Origin: Octopus bimaculoides
Lineage: Eukaryota
Direction of reading: 5' to 3'
Length of the DNA: 64,000 bases
Assembly: GCF_001194135.2 (NCBI RefSeq)
Contig: NC_068984.1
Coordinates: 45,094,972 to 45,158,971, forward strand
Shown here one piece after another: positions 11,373-23,669 of this stretch. Position 1 is the first letter of the stretch. Each line of letters begins with the position of its first letter. Under the pieces are notes generated by a model. That model had not been told where the DNA came from and did no database searches. It worked only from the letters and a program-made list of their open reading frames with translations. Made by a program: the position numbers and the translations under genes.

Positions 11373-12008
11373 TGCCTTCGGGTCATCTTTGGTGTTACAA
11401 GGAGTTTTGATCATCTCTCGCTCAATTGCACCCCACACATAATCAAGGGGTTTGCAGTCTGGGGAGTTAGGTGGCCAGATGTTAGGGGCGATGTGGTCAC
11501 TGAAATTGTCTGACAGCCATGTCTGAGTTCTCCTGCTTGTGTGGCATTATGCAGAGTCCTTTTGCCAGACATAAGGTCCTTCAGTAGCCACCCTCTTGAC
11601 CCAGGGCAGCACTACTTCCTCCAGGCACTTGATGTAAGCTTTCGTGTTGAGTCTAAGGCCATGTGGGAAGATGAATGGAGGCATAACGTCGCCATTACTA
11701 GTGATCACTCCAAACACCATCATATTGACTGGATGTTTGATTTTTATCACTCTTGGTACATGTCATCAGATCGCACTGTCCTCAGATAGACACCCAAACA
11801 CTCTGAAATGTTCGTATTGCAAATTCCGGGGCGAATGCCAAGCAGTACAGCATGTTGTTTCCAAATTTCTGGCAGAGTGAATTGCGTCATGGTGCAGCTT
11901 TTCTCACAGACGGTGCTCAACTGACCTACTATACTGTGTAGTCGACAAAATCAATGCGCGTGCGCGAAATAAAAATACATAATGGCGATAATTTACCCAT
12001 CGCACCCT
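11366..12008 (-). mobile_element. Internally deleted Tc1/mariner element of the DD37D (maT/mori) type
   Basis: 5' end TA|TAGGGTGCGATGGGTAAATT; N-terminus MTQFTLPEIWKQHAVLLGIR; catalytic region HPVNMMVFGVITSNGDVMPPFIFPHGLRLN...WQKDSA*CHTSRRTQTWLSDNFSDHIAPNIWPPNSPDCKPLDYVWG, with 37 residues between D2 and D3 and an in-frame stop. Confidence 0.85.
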
Positions 12009-12023
12009 ATATATATATATATA

Positions 12024-12950
12024 NNNNNNNNNNNNNNNNNNNNNNNNNNNNNNNNNNNNNNNNNNNNNNNNNNNNNNNNNNNNNNNNNNNNNNNNNNNNN
12101 NNNNNNNNNNNNNNNNNNNNNNNNNNNNNNNNNNNNNNNNNNNNNNNNNNNNNNNNNNNNNNNNNNNNNNNNNNNNNNNNNNNNNNNNNNNNNNNNNNNN
12201 NNNNNNNNNNNNNNNNNNNNNNNNNNNNNNNNNNNNNNNNNNNNNNNNNNNNNNNNNNNNNNNNNNNNNNNNNNNNNNNNNNNNNNNNNNNNNNNNNNNN
12301 NNNNNNNNNNNNNNNNNNNNNNNNNNNNNNNNNNNNNNNNNNNNNNNNNNNNNNNNNNNNNNNNNNNNNNNNNNNNNNNNNNNNNNNNNNNNNNNNNNNN
12401 NNNNNNNNNNNNNNNNNNNNNNNNNNNNNNNNNNNNNNNNNNNNNNNNNNNNNNNNNNNNNNNNNNNNNNNNNNNNNNNNNNNNNNNNNNNNNNNNNNNN
12501 NNNNNNNNNNNNNNNNNNNNNNNNNNNNNNNNNNNNNNNNNNNNNNNNNNNNNNNNNNNNNNNNNNNNNNNNNNNNNNNNNNNNNNNNNNNNNNNNNNNN
12601 NNNNNNNNNNNNNNNNNNNNNNNNNNNNNNNNNNNNNNNNNNNNNNNNNNNNNNNNNNNNNNNNNNNNNNNNNNNNNNNNNNNNNNNNNNNNNNNNNNNN
12701 NNNNNNNNNNNNNNNNNNNNNNNNNNNNNNNNNNNNNNNNNNNNNNNNNNNNNNNNNNNNNNNNNNNNNNNNNNNNNNNNNNNNNNNNNNNNNNNNNNNN
12801 NNNNNNNNNNNNNNNNNNNNNNNNNNNNNNNNNNNNNNNNNNNNNNNNNNNNNNNNNNNNNNNNNNNNNNNNNNNNNNNNNNNNNNNNNNNNNNNNNNNN
12901 NNNNNNNNNNNNNNNNNNNNNNNNNNNNNNNNNNNNNNNNNNNNNNNNNN
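12024..12950. other. Assembly gap (others: 6374-6383, 7953-8402, 27194-27215, 28203-28884, 35618-35708, 37479-37806, 58137-58165, 59842-60113, 61527-61922)
   Basis: N-runs, mostly flanked by (TA)n, (CA)n or (TG)n. Confidence 1.
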
Positions 12951-12999
<49 letters not shown>

Positions 13000-13139
13000 G
13001 TATGTATGTATGTATGTACGTATATATATACATATATATATATATAAGTCAAATGATTCATTACATCTGTGAACTTGCTTAAGTATTTTGGTTCCGGACA
13101 AGAGTTGTGACGTTTCATTCTTTGTCTAAGGACCTTAAA

Positions 13140-13358
13140 TATGATTTCAAATTTTGGCACAAGGCCAGCAGTGTTCAGGGAAGGGGTAGGTCCATCTCAT
13201 CGACCCAGTATTTTAACTAATGATTTATCGACCTCGAAAGGATAAAAGGCAAAGTCGACCTAGGAACCTTAAACTCAGAAGGAACGTAAAGACAGATGAA
13301 ATGCTGCTAAGCATTTTGCTCGGTGTGCTAACGATTTTACCAGCTTGTCGCTCTTAAG
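13140..13358 (-). mobile_element. SINE family C
   Basis: Family hallmark sequence and tail present. Confidence 0.8.
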
Positions 13359-13784
13359 ACCTTAAATATTACAGAGAATCGTGAAATAGCTACAGCTTAT
13401 AATGGAAGCATACACGTAGAATTGGTTCACCGGTAACCGACTACCTTCACTGCAGTATCACCTTTACCAAAACTGAGTTATATAGCGTAATTTTCTACTG
13501 TAAGTTTGCATTTTAATTTTACTTTTTACTTACATAAGACATGGAGAAAACCTTGTAATTTATGATATTGATCTACGAACCAATGTATCACCACTTCTAA
13601 TGTGTTTATTCATAAATTTTGCTTAGTATTACTCACGTTTTATGAACTCTAGCTCATCATGTTTAGTTCCTTATATTCATCATTCTGTAAAAATTTACAC
13701 TCAATTTCTATAAAACCAAGGACATCGATAATGCATTTCATATCGTGCTGCTTTTGATTGTCCTCTTGACTCCCCTATAATCAT

Positions 13785-14002
13785 GGTTTCAAATTTTGTC
13801 TCAATTTAGCAATTTTAAGGAATAGCATGATTTTATTACATCTATGTGTTCGACTGGTAATTATTTTACAGATCCCTAAACGATGAAAAGCAAAGCCGAC
13901 CTCGGCGGAATTCGAACCTAGAAAGAACGTTAGGAGCCAGAAGAAATGCCGTTAAGCATTTTGTCTGGCTCGCTAACGTTTTTCCCTGCTCACCACCTTT
14001 AA
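13785..14002 (-). mobile_element. SINE family C (diverged)
   Basis: GATGAAAAGCAAAGCCGACCTCGGCGGAATTCGAAC...GCCGTTAAGCATTTTG. Confidence 0.75.
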
Positions 14003-14978
14003 CTCTCCTGTAATTATGCCTCAAATTAAATGCATAGTTTATAACACATCACAGTTACAGGCAAACTAGAGCTTGTATATGGCTGATAGGTCTATATAAT
14101 ATCATCTGAGCCTTGATCAAATCATAGCTTCTGGTACAAAAACAGATCTAGATAATATAATTCTAACTCCGGAACTACTAAACGCGATGATCATAATCAT
14201 AATTGGAACACATTTGGTCACACATTTTACGCGAAGTGACTTGAGACTAAATGCTATCATCAATCATTATCATCGTCGTCGTCGCAGCTGCCACCATCAT
14301 CATCGTCATTTCATCTTCATGGTCACCATTTTAGTTATCTAACATAATCATGAATTGGTCCAGGAAACGTTATAGAGTTAACTACGAACGCTAGAATTCA
14401 CTTTCAAATGTCTTTTTAATATTTGCTTAATTTAGTAGCTCACAGTGAGGAGTTCAAATCTGACTGGAGCCAGTATCGTCCTTTAAATTTTCCAAGATCA
14501 ATACATGTTCTTCTGATGAAGAGCAAAAACAAAAATACGAAGATATCAGAAGTCAGATATATGAAATTCATCCATTACTTTAAAAGAAAACGATGAAAAA
14601 ATTTGTCTTATTCTTTGGCAAGGAGAAACATTTTTGTTTAACCAGTTCAGTCGTAAATGTCCATCCAGAGAATGTTATATCAAAATTTAAAAACCGATTG
14701 TTAAAGAAATCTCGATTGTTTTGATTGTTTATAAAAACATAAGATGTGGAGCATTTATCTAAATATCTACTTTCCAAAAGTTCTTAACATGTGGTTCTTT
14801 TTCGGAATTTTCGCAGAGCTAGACAAAACAATGATTACGAAAATAGATTAGTAGAGAAAATAAGGTCGTCAACAGCTGCTTCTCGTTAGTACTAACTCTA
14901 ATTGACTACATAATCTTCATATAATCTTAATATCATTCGTATTCCTAGTTGACTTTGCAAATCTAAAGTGTTTGTAAC

Positions 14979-15067
<89 letters not shown>

Positions 15068-15304
15068 TGTGTGTGCGTGCGTTTGTGTGTGCGTCTGTGT
15101 GAGTGTGTTTCTGTGTACGTGCGTGTGTGTGTGTTTGTGTATGTGTACATAATGTATGTTTTACTGCAAAACCGATTATTAGCAAGTTGTACTTGTAGTA
15201 CACTGTCGAGTGAAGCTTAGTCGTCAAGAGTATAACTACATATGCACAAGAAAACTTCTTCGTAATCACTCGAATTGCCAAAAATAGCAGACAAAGCTCG
15301 TTCA

Positions 15305-15460
15305 AATCACACCCTATCGTCTTTAATGAAGGACAGAATCATGTGATATTGTTATCTTAGATATACCATGCCTAGAAAAGACTGGATGATCACGGCTGGA
15401 ACATATTTGCTCATAGGTCTACTAGATCAAGGTTGACGTGGACCAACACATCAATAACAA
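15305..15460 (-). repeat. Dispersed repeat family E (old; representative copy)
   Basis: Shared motifs TAGAAATAGCAGCCAAAT..CTCAAATCACACC and CAGCCATGACCATCC recur, degenerate, at about 9480, 20160, 20600, 24270, 26540, 41520, 43410, 45430, 46900, 47660, 48060, 57380 and 58740. Confidence 0.6.
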
Positions 15461-16424
15461 AAATATCGACAAACGAAGCAGACAGTCAGAATTCACTTTT
15501 TAACGAAACTGAATACTGTTGTTATTGCTGCTGTTTATTCATTTAGATATGAAACAATGGATTTTGCATGCACTGGGAAATCAACACAATTTGTCTGTGT
15601 TGCGACAAATGACAGCCAAATTAGCTGAGATACTCAGGAAATAGTAGATATTCTACAGCATACTTAACCTTTCTGGAGCTTGAAAATTCCGTTTCATCTT
15701 GATTCTGTGAAAACATTTCCTCTTTCGTACATGAACTACTTATATACTTGAATGTTCAGAAGTGAATTACAATGAAACACTCGTCAATTTGTATATGCAG
15801 TGTACAACAATTAAGCGCACCACCCTGAAACATAATTTAGCCGAAGAAAGGCGTTGTTAAAAGATTGATTCTCTTTGTAACATTTTTGGTAACAAATGAT
15901 GTGAAGAGAAGAGGAGTCCAAGCAATGAAGCGAATTCTACTCTTATTGTAGAATTCTTATTTCAAGACTTAGGCAATAGAGTGATGTTTAACTCTTTCAG
16001 TTGAGCATTAGTTGCATAAGGATCGTAATATGTCGATTAATAGTCTAGTTTGTGTTCTGCAACACTCATTAAGATAGATGAAAGCTGCGAGGTCAAAATT
16101 TAAATCTTTAGTATGTAGTGAAAGTAGCTGTTGTTATTAGTCCCATGACAGCTCTGATCGAGCAGTCCAATAGCACGCAGGTATTTAGCTGGACGACGAA
16201 ATTTGAACCATAAATCTATTTTCCCAGTTTATTCTATGTCTGTACTTAGCTGCGAATCATACTGTAAGCACCGACATGCAATGATAAACCGTATGGGGCG
16301 TAGTTTGACAGTTGGACGATGACCAGTTTTGTCCTATTTCGCCCTTGTATTTATGCCCTGTGGACTCAGTCAGAGCGTAATTGTCACAATCCTACTGCAC
16401 TTATTTCTGGTTGTTTTGTAAAGC

Positions 16425-16455
<31 letters not shown>

Positions 16456-17039
16456 ATGTTTATCAAGGCTGAGTAGCAGAAATAACCTTCTTACAATGTT
16501 ATAGTTGTGCTCTGTATTATTGTATATGTGTGTGTGTATATATACATATAGACATATGTGTGCGTGTGTGTGTATCTGGGCGTTTGCAAGTGATATTACA
16601 TATAAATAACAGGGACGCAAACAGCTGAAGCTTGCTGCGGTAACAAACTATGTTTCATATGTCCAGTTGGCTTTCAATTTAAGTATCTTTGTTTCATCGT
16701 GTAGGTGGTGTGTGTGTGTGCATAACTTGTTATGATGCGTACTGTGCTGTTTTATGTTCTTTGTAACTTATTGTGTGTGTGTGTGGGGGGGATTATAGAA
16801 ATATTAAGAACCCATTTCGAATCCACATAGACTATGATGGATTTAATGTCTTATTCATACTCCATAGTTGTTTCTTTCTGCTGTTAGCAAAGACAATTAA
16901 TGCTGGACATAACATTTTCTTGGGACAAAATGATGGGGTTTTTAGTCATATTTGTTAACCAGATATCATTAGCTTATCTTCTTGTCCTCAATGGTAAATG
17001 CTACAAGCACATCAGAATTGACGAAAACGTTGCATACGT

Positions 17040-18230
17040 TGGTCATGTGAGTAAACTAGAGTGATAAAAGAATTCTTCAAACTTCAGAAAATATGGCAAT
17101 CATAGATACCTACATTCACTAGACCTTATCCCACAACTCCCTTGTCCCAGTGATATTATCAACGCTTCAGAAACTGGCTGGGCTCTTGAAGAAATCCGCA
17201 ACTCAGAAATCAAGACAAGAGCGACAATAACCATCGTTGATAAATTCAATATCAACAATAACATTGATAGAATTTATTTTAAAACGAGATATGGTAGGAT
17301 AAGTTTAGACCAAACAGTTTTTTTGTGTGCTGCACCAGACAACACTAGCTGAACTACACAGGAAGAAATGACTGCGCCGCATATTCACACAACAGTGAAA
17401 CTAACATCTTGGTGGAAGATGAAGAACTTCTGAATAGACACTCTGAGTGCCCAGTTGTTGCAAGTAAATCCAAAGCAACAAATTCTTGGAGGAGAAACAC
17501 TCATCAGCAGAAAGTAATGCTCTGGTACATATCCCGTAAGATAGAGAATAACAATAGTATTTGGAGGAGCAGTAACCTTTCCTGAACCGATGATAAATAC
17601 ATCACGTCTCACCGAGAAAGATACATTCACTATTCAGGAACATGATAAAGCTACTAAATACCTGATCGATAAACGTGGTAAGGAATCCTACAAATTTCGA
17701 TGCTGTAATAGAAAATATCGATTGTACCACAGTAATGTCGAAGCTGTCACCTACATTATTAGCAACTGGCGAAAAATCTCCGGAAGGTATTACCTTTCCG
17801 GACATTTCTGCGAAAACTATTTACAGTTGTTGCCAAAACTATTTTCTCTGCTGTTCACAGGAGGAATTGTCCTGATGGGCGTACAAAGGGCGCTCTAGAA
17901 TCAGAATCTATCTGCTCCTTTAAAAATAAGGAATATTCGTAAAACATTCAAGCGAAAACATTAATTCAATACAAACACAGCCGACCTTGTTTTGAGAAAA
18001 GATATCCATCTAACCGACTCAATTCAAAGGTATTTAACGGTAGAATTCCTGAAATGAAATACATTTCGAATCAGAATGCTCTAAGGGTTCATAGAAATAA
18101 AGCAGACCTTTTCAGGTCATGACATTTAGTACTGTACAAGAACATTTTAGTCTCAAATTATATATATTCTATCTAAAAGGGATTTCAAAACGCAATATTT
18201 ACGTGCTATTATTTATAACTTCATATGAAC
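17040..18230 (+). mobile_element. Decayed R4/Dong-clade LINE (RT thumb region, CCHC finger and RLE remnants)
   Basis: WALEEIRNSEIKTRATITIVDKFNINNNIDRIYFKTRYGRISL resembles the DRLY...GGRGL block. TIQEHDKATKYLIDKR...CCNRKYRLYHSNVEAVTYIISNWRKISGRYYL is homologous to the 5258-5686 fragment. Many stops and frameshifts. Confidence 0.75.
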
Positions 18231-18254
18231 TTCAAGAACCAATTCCAAAAAGAA

Positions 18255-18376
<122 letters not shown>

Positions 18377-19479
18377 CATGGTCTGATGAACTGAAATTGA
18401 TTCATAAATATAACTGCTTAGCTATTAATTTTACGTTTTTGATCAATTAAAATTTGTAATGTTTCAGAACCCAGTATCGTTCAAACTCCAACACAATGTC
18501 CTTTTGTATCGAGTTGGATAAATTAAATATAGTTAGGGATAAATGTTATAAATCTCTTTACTAAATACAACTCATTAACTGAATGACCTAATCTATTTTG
18601 TTCCGTATAAAATTATGTCACCAGAAACGGCCCTGCTTTTACAACTACGCACTCAAATAATGTGTTAATGAATTTTTGAAAATTTAAGTAATATATCCAT
18701 ATTTCTCATTATTCATTGTATTTAATATCAACTCTAAGCATTCACAATGTATTATTTTGTATTACTTGATTTACTATTATAATTTGTTAATTTTGGAAAA
18801 TGCATAAGTATAAACAGAATTCATTGTTTTGAATTAAATTCGGTTGATGTTATTGTATTATGGTACAGGAAATAAACAATTTGCTGACGTCAGCTGCCCT
18901 GCGGACGTGCAGGTCTTGTCTAAAGTTCTAGAAAAAAAAGAACATCTGTGGCAAACTATCGTGGAATTTACAAATCGTGTGCCCAGTATATAGATTCTCA
19001 ATGCTACCTATTATCATAAGTGCATTGGACTATATAACAAGAGACTTCTTTAAAAGACTAGAAATTCTGGTGCTTTCAAAGAATGAACAAGTAAATGGAT
19101 GCACATCTTCCAAATAAAATCCATTAGTGATTCTGTGAGGGTTTATGAGGCATTCGAATGATTTTCCATTTGAATTTCCTTCAATGAACATTTAAGCACA
19201 ATCACATGTGTGCTAATAGTATGCACAGTATACATACGCACTTACACACACTCTCATACTAAGCATGTATCTATATCCATTAGATAAGTGTAAGTGCATA
19301 CATATATTGCGGACTCCCCAGGTGGAGATGACTGATGAGGGCTCTGCAATTTCTTGCTGAAGAAACTGCAGAGATGATTTGTCTATAGTTATCAATTGTT
19401 CACTTCCTCTATCAAAACGACAATGTTTCTGTAAGTGCATGGTGTACCACAATGTTAGATGTCAGGGTGGTCATCGCAG

Positions 19480-19585
19480 AGCGATGTGAAATGAAGTGCT
19501 TTGCTCAAGAACACAACGCAACGCTCGGTCCCGCGAAATTACGATCTTGCGATCCTGTCTGCAACTCCTTAATCGCTAGGCCAGG
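19480..19585 (-). mobile_element. Family D SINE head and CORE-like region (further heads at about 22745-22885 minus and 41927-42065 plus)
   Basis: GTGAAATGAAGTGCTTTGCTCAAGAACACAACGC. Confidence 0.65.
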
Positions 19586-21464
19586 CAAAACATATTATGC
19601 ACCTACATCTGCATACATATTAACTTGCTCAGATATTCACAAATCCCTGGAATTTTTTCGATTCAAACAAAATGTCTTGTTAGCAGAAAACTTGAATTCT
19701 GTCCAGCACTTAAATCTCAGAGAAAAACATACACATGCATTTCACAAAGACACGGAAATGTCTTTGTGTGCGTGTGTGTTGATAAAAGTTGACAGTGAAA
19801 AGGGAACATGGGAAATTCCTTTTTTTCATCAGATTCAAGTTCGATTTTATAATAAATTTCATGAAAAAATTTAAGTTGTCACACACACATAACACATTAC
19901 GGTAAACGTTTTTGCTGAAAAAAAAAATTACTCACACTAGAGATGTGTTGGACAAGTGAAATCAGCTTTGAAACTTCCTAGTCGCAACAAACTTTGCCAA
20001 TCCTATTGCAGAAAGCATAATAGAACCATTTCCGGACCTAGCCATGTCAACAATGAAATTAGAGGTCGACACGACCTTTTAAAATTTGCCGAGTAAAGCA
20101 AAGCCCAAGCTCTTTGTCAACTCTTTCATTAATGGTGTGTTACAATTTACAATTTCTATTGTAGATGTTGCTTAGCCCCAAGTGAGCCTTAACTGGACAA
20201 ATCTATGACCAAAATAGTTCTCGCCATGGTTATTTCGTATTTTTAGGGGTATGTACGTATGTGCTCTACTTATATATGACAGTGAAATACAATGGATTTC
20301 AAGGAGAATAATTCGATATTTCTTGTAGGTGGAGAGGTTATGCTGAAGTTTCTCGTTTTAAACTGAAAATTCAAACAGCCTTAACTTGAGTTAAGTTATA
20401 ACTGTGGCAGTGACACTCACCTTTAAACGGGTCAGTGAATTTCAACATCAATTGGGGTCATTTTGAGGCACAGTTTATTGTTGAAAACAATATTGCATAG
20501 ACATTGTGTTACATATAAGTAGTTCTGCAGCTTTTACTAGTGAATATTTCTAAATTATTAGAAACTACTCAAACAAATAATAGAAGTACGAGCTAGTGAA
20601 GAAATCACTACGTGATCGCTCTACCTGCAAGAAATAGCAGCCAAATTTCTCTTAAATCACACCCATCATCTTAAAAGATAACATTGGATAATACAATTCG
20701 TGGTTGAATAAAATCCGAGTTGGTCACGGCTGGAGCACTTTTGACCTGGGTCAGAGTTGTCCTGGGCCAAAGCCTCAACTTCTTTTCGACTCTTCTTAAT
20801 GTTTAGTTAAATTATTTATTTATTTATTTTATTTTGAGAGAGAAACTCACAATTCATTAACATATTTTCCAAGAATAAAATAAAGAAAAAAACATCAAAC
20901 GTATAAAAGATGAAATTATCGAGTGAAACAAAAAAAAAACAAAAAAACTGAACCACTTCACCACTTCAGCTCAATCTGAACACCTCTTTATATTTTCATT
21001 ATATATTGCAAGATCAACAGAAATGCATGATTCTTGACTTAGAAGATTTTACCAATAGGAGAGCACTACATAGCTTGTGGCGCCACGTCACCGTCATATA
21101 TGATGTCATAGGGAAAACTGTATCCCTTTTGTTGAGTGTCACTTTAGATCTACGAACTCCGGTTGCCAGGCATTCAAAATGTTTCCAATTTTCCCTGTTT
21201 ACATCGGAAACAGATAGTAGCCATTCATCTACCGACATTTCCATCCTTTCCTTTTCAATAATTAAAGTCGTAAGTAAAAACTAATAAAAATCGTAATGGT
21301 TCGGCCCTTCATAAATGTCTAAACTTTTATAATGAGCCTTAGATGTTAGATCAAATTTTATAGACGAAACAGCTACTGGTTCAGCACTAAGATTTAAAGC
21401 GTAACGAACGTGTTCATATCAAATTGAATGTAGAACTATGTTATTTCATTTTCATTTTATTTTA

Positions 21465-21770
21465 TCTAGTTTCAGCTCATGAGCTGTGGCCATGCTGGGG
21501 CACCGCCATTTGGTGTTGCTACATAATTTTACTTTACGAATTTTACTTCAGGAATTGACATTTGGTGCATGAGAGAGTTTGATGCAGCTGCTCTCATCTG
21601 CACCTCCTGCCGCGAAGTTGGTTCATCTGGGACACTAGACAAGAAGAGGTCCAGCTTTATTTTGAAGATACCTACATCCACCCCATGCAGGTCTTTCAGG
21701 TCCTTCGGGGGATATTGAAGAGCTGTGGACCTCTGACGCCCAGGCTATTGCAGTATCTTGTCCTACAACT
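21465..21770 (-). mobile_element. CR1-like LINE 3' end
   Basis: RTRYCNSLGVRGPQLFN.PKDLKDLHGVDVGIFKIKLDLFLSSVPDEPTSRQEVQMRAAASNSLMHQ, then a 3' UTR ending GGCGGTGCCCCAGCATGGCCACAGCTCATGAGCTGAAACTAGATAAAATAAA. Confidence 0.85.
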
Positions 21771-22904
21771 TGATATATTTAATGTTCTTTTTTAAATCAG
21801 TGGATGAAATTTGAGGGAAAATTACCATGCCAAGTAACCCCGTATAGCTCTTTATTGGCTTGTTTCATATAGGTAATATAATTCACTGTTGTGGATTGTG
21901 ACTGCACTGTAAAAATGACGTGTCAATCGGTGATTGGCTTGCATCAAATTCAAGGGTAGTGTTTCCTTTTCATCCACGAAAACCAAAGCAAAATATTAGT
22001 CCTATGGATCCTTATAACAAGATTCTTAGAGCTGAGTTTAACTGAATTTGATATCATAGTGTGAGAGGTAAGCTTCTGTTAAGTCAAAACTGTAATACGG
22101 CTTGACTTTTGTGTTAAAACATTTCATTCGTTACCACTTTTAGTATTCTTAGGAAGGCATGTACATCAATACTCCAATTTTAAACTTTCGTAAAATATAG
22201 TCTCGTCAGATGTATATCGCAGATGAGCGGCAAAATTAGTAGAGCGGCAGACAAAATGCTTCGCAGTATCTAGTTACTTCTCTTTACACTATAGTTCAAT
22301 CCCTCCAGGTTCATCTTAGGCTTACATCCTTTCGAAGTACATAAAGAAAGCATTAGTAATAAGCTATGATTGATGCTTAATCTCGCAGAATCTGAGTGTA
22401 TGTTAGAAGTACGTATTTTAATTTCTATTTTAAAGAGTCCAGTGAAAAGTAAAACAACTAATGTGCATTTTAATCAATTTATCCTTTATCTTTTTCTTGT
22501 TTCATTCATTAGACAGCAGCCATGCTGGAATATCGACTGATTTTATAGTGTGCTCTACCGAGTATAATGAATGATAGTATGCTAGTGGTTATCTGTTTTC
22601 TTGGAATTCAGTACGTTTGAAAAATACCTTACTCACTAAATAGTGACTAAGTCCCCTGAACATTGCTGTCTCGAGCCTCATGATTCATTTCCATAAGTAA
22701 GCAAGGTCACAGTTTCCCCCTTTAATAGAGGCGTCATTCCGTTGCAGGGTTACTAATTTACAGCTGAGTTGATTTGAGCAACGTGAAATGAAATGTTTTA
22801 CTCAATAACACGACGTAACACCTCGTTCAGGAATCGAAATACTGATCTTGAAATCGTAAGTGCAACACCCTAACCCCTAAGCCACGCGTTTTCACACTCA
22901 TTAA

Positions 22905-23465
22905 CCTTATAAAGGGTCCCAGTGACATATGATCTTGGAATATAGGAAGATGAGATGAAACATTGTAAACAAACTGTCAGAGGTTGGAGGATTCAATAAG
23001 CGAATTACGGCAGATAATTTGATTTTTTAATAAATCACTGTTGCTTTCAATATTGAACATATGTAAATCTTTCTCTTAAAAGATATTTTTTGTAACACAA
23101 TGTCAATTTCTATTGCTTACAATGTTGAAGTGTGCCCTAATTTTACCAAGTGACTTTGTTGGAAACTCACTACAGTTTTGGTTACTTGATATTCAGTTGT
23201 CTGAGCAGAATCTTAGCGAATCTTGTCTGTGAGATAACCCCGGAAATTCTCAACAGGTTAGGTTAATTAACACGCGTGTCTAATTACATCATTTCCTAGA
23301 CACACATATGGATATACTAACGCACTTGCAGATGGTCAGCAGATGATATTTAAACTTGATTTGTTTTTTTCTTTTCGTTCCACTTGTAAAGGTTGTCTTT
23401 TCACGCTGAAAAATACTCGACTAATTCGTATTTGAATCGAGGGGAATTGGGCAGAGATTATTTTC

Positions 23466-23501
<36 letters not shown>

Positions 23502-23669
23502 TAAAATCCAATCACATCTGTGGGAGTTCATTCCGAAATATATATCTAAAATCAAATTATCTGTTGTAATTCTCTTATTGAATCCTCCAGCCTCCGATAG
23601 CTTGTTTACAATGTTTCATCTCATCTTCCTATATTCCAAGATTATATGTCACTGGGGCCCTTTATAAGG
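22905..23669. mobile_element. piggyBac-type non-autonomous DNA transposon (MITE), 765 bp
   Basis: TTAA on both sides (22901-22904 and 23670-23673). 122-bp TIRs starting CCTTATAAAGGG (22905-23026 and 23548-23669) with 9 mismatches by eye. No coding interior. Confidence 0.85.

Noticed and set aside
14508-14545. CTGATGAAGAGC hammerhead-like start
   Set aside because: The second half of stem II and GAAAC are missing.
16930-17898. Looked like a signal-peptide or cadherin-like receptor pseudogene
   Set aside because: Better explained as a decayed R4/Dong LINE, since it shares the QE..TKYL and CCHC block with 5258-5686.
18880-18935. GCTGACGTCAGC palindrome plus hairpin and CTAG resembling a Helitron 3' end (similar hint at about 48450-48497)
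   Set aside because: No matching 5' TC end or A|T insertion site identified.
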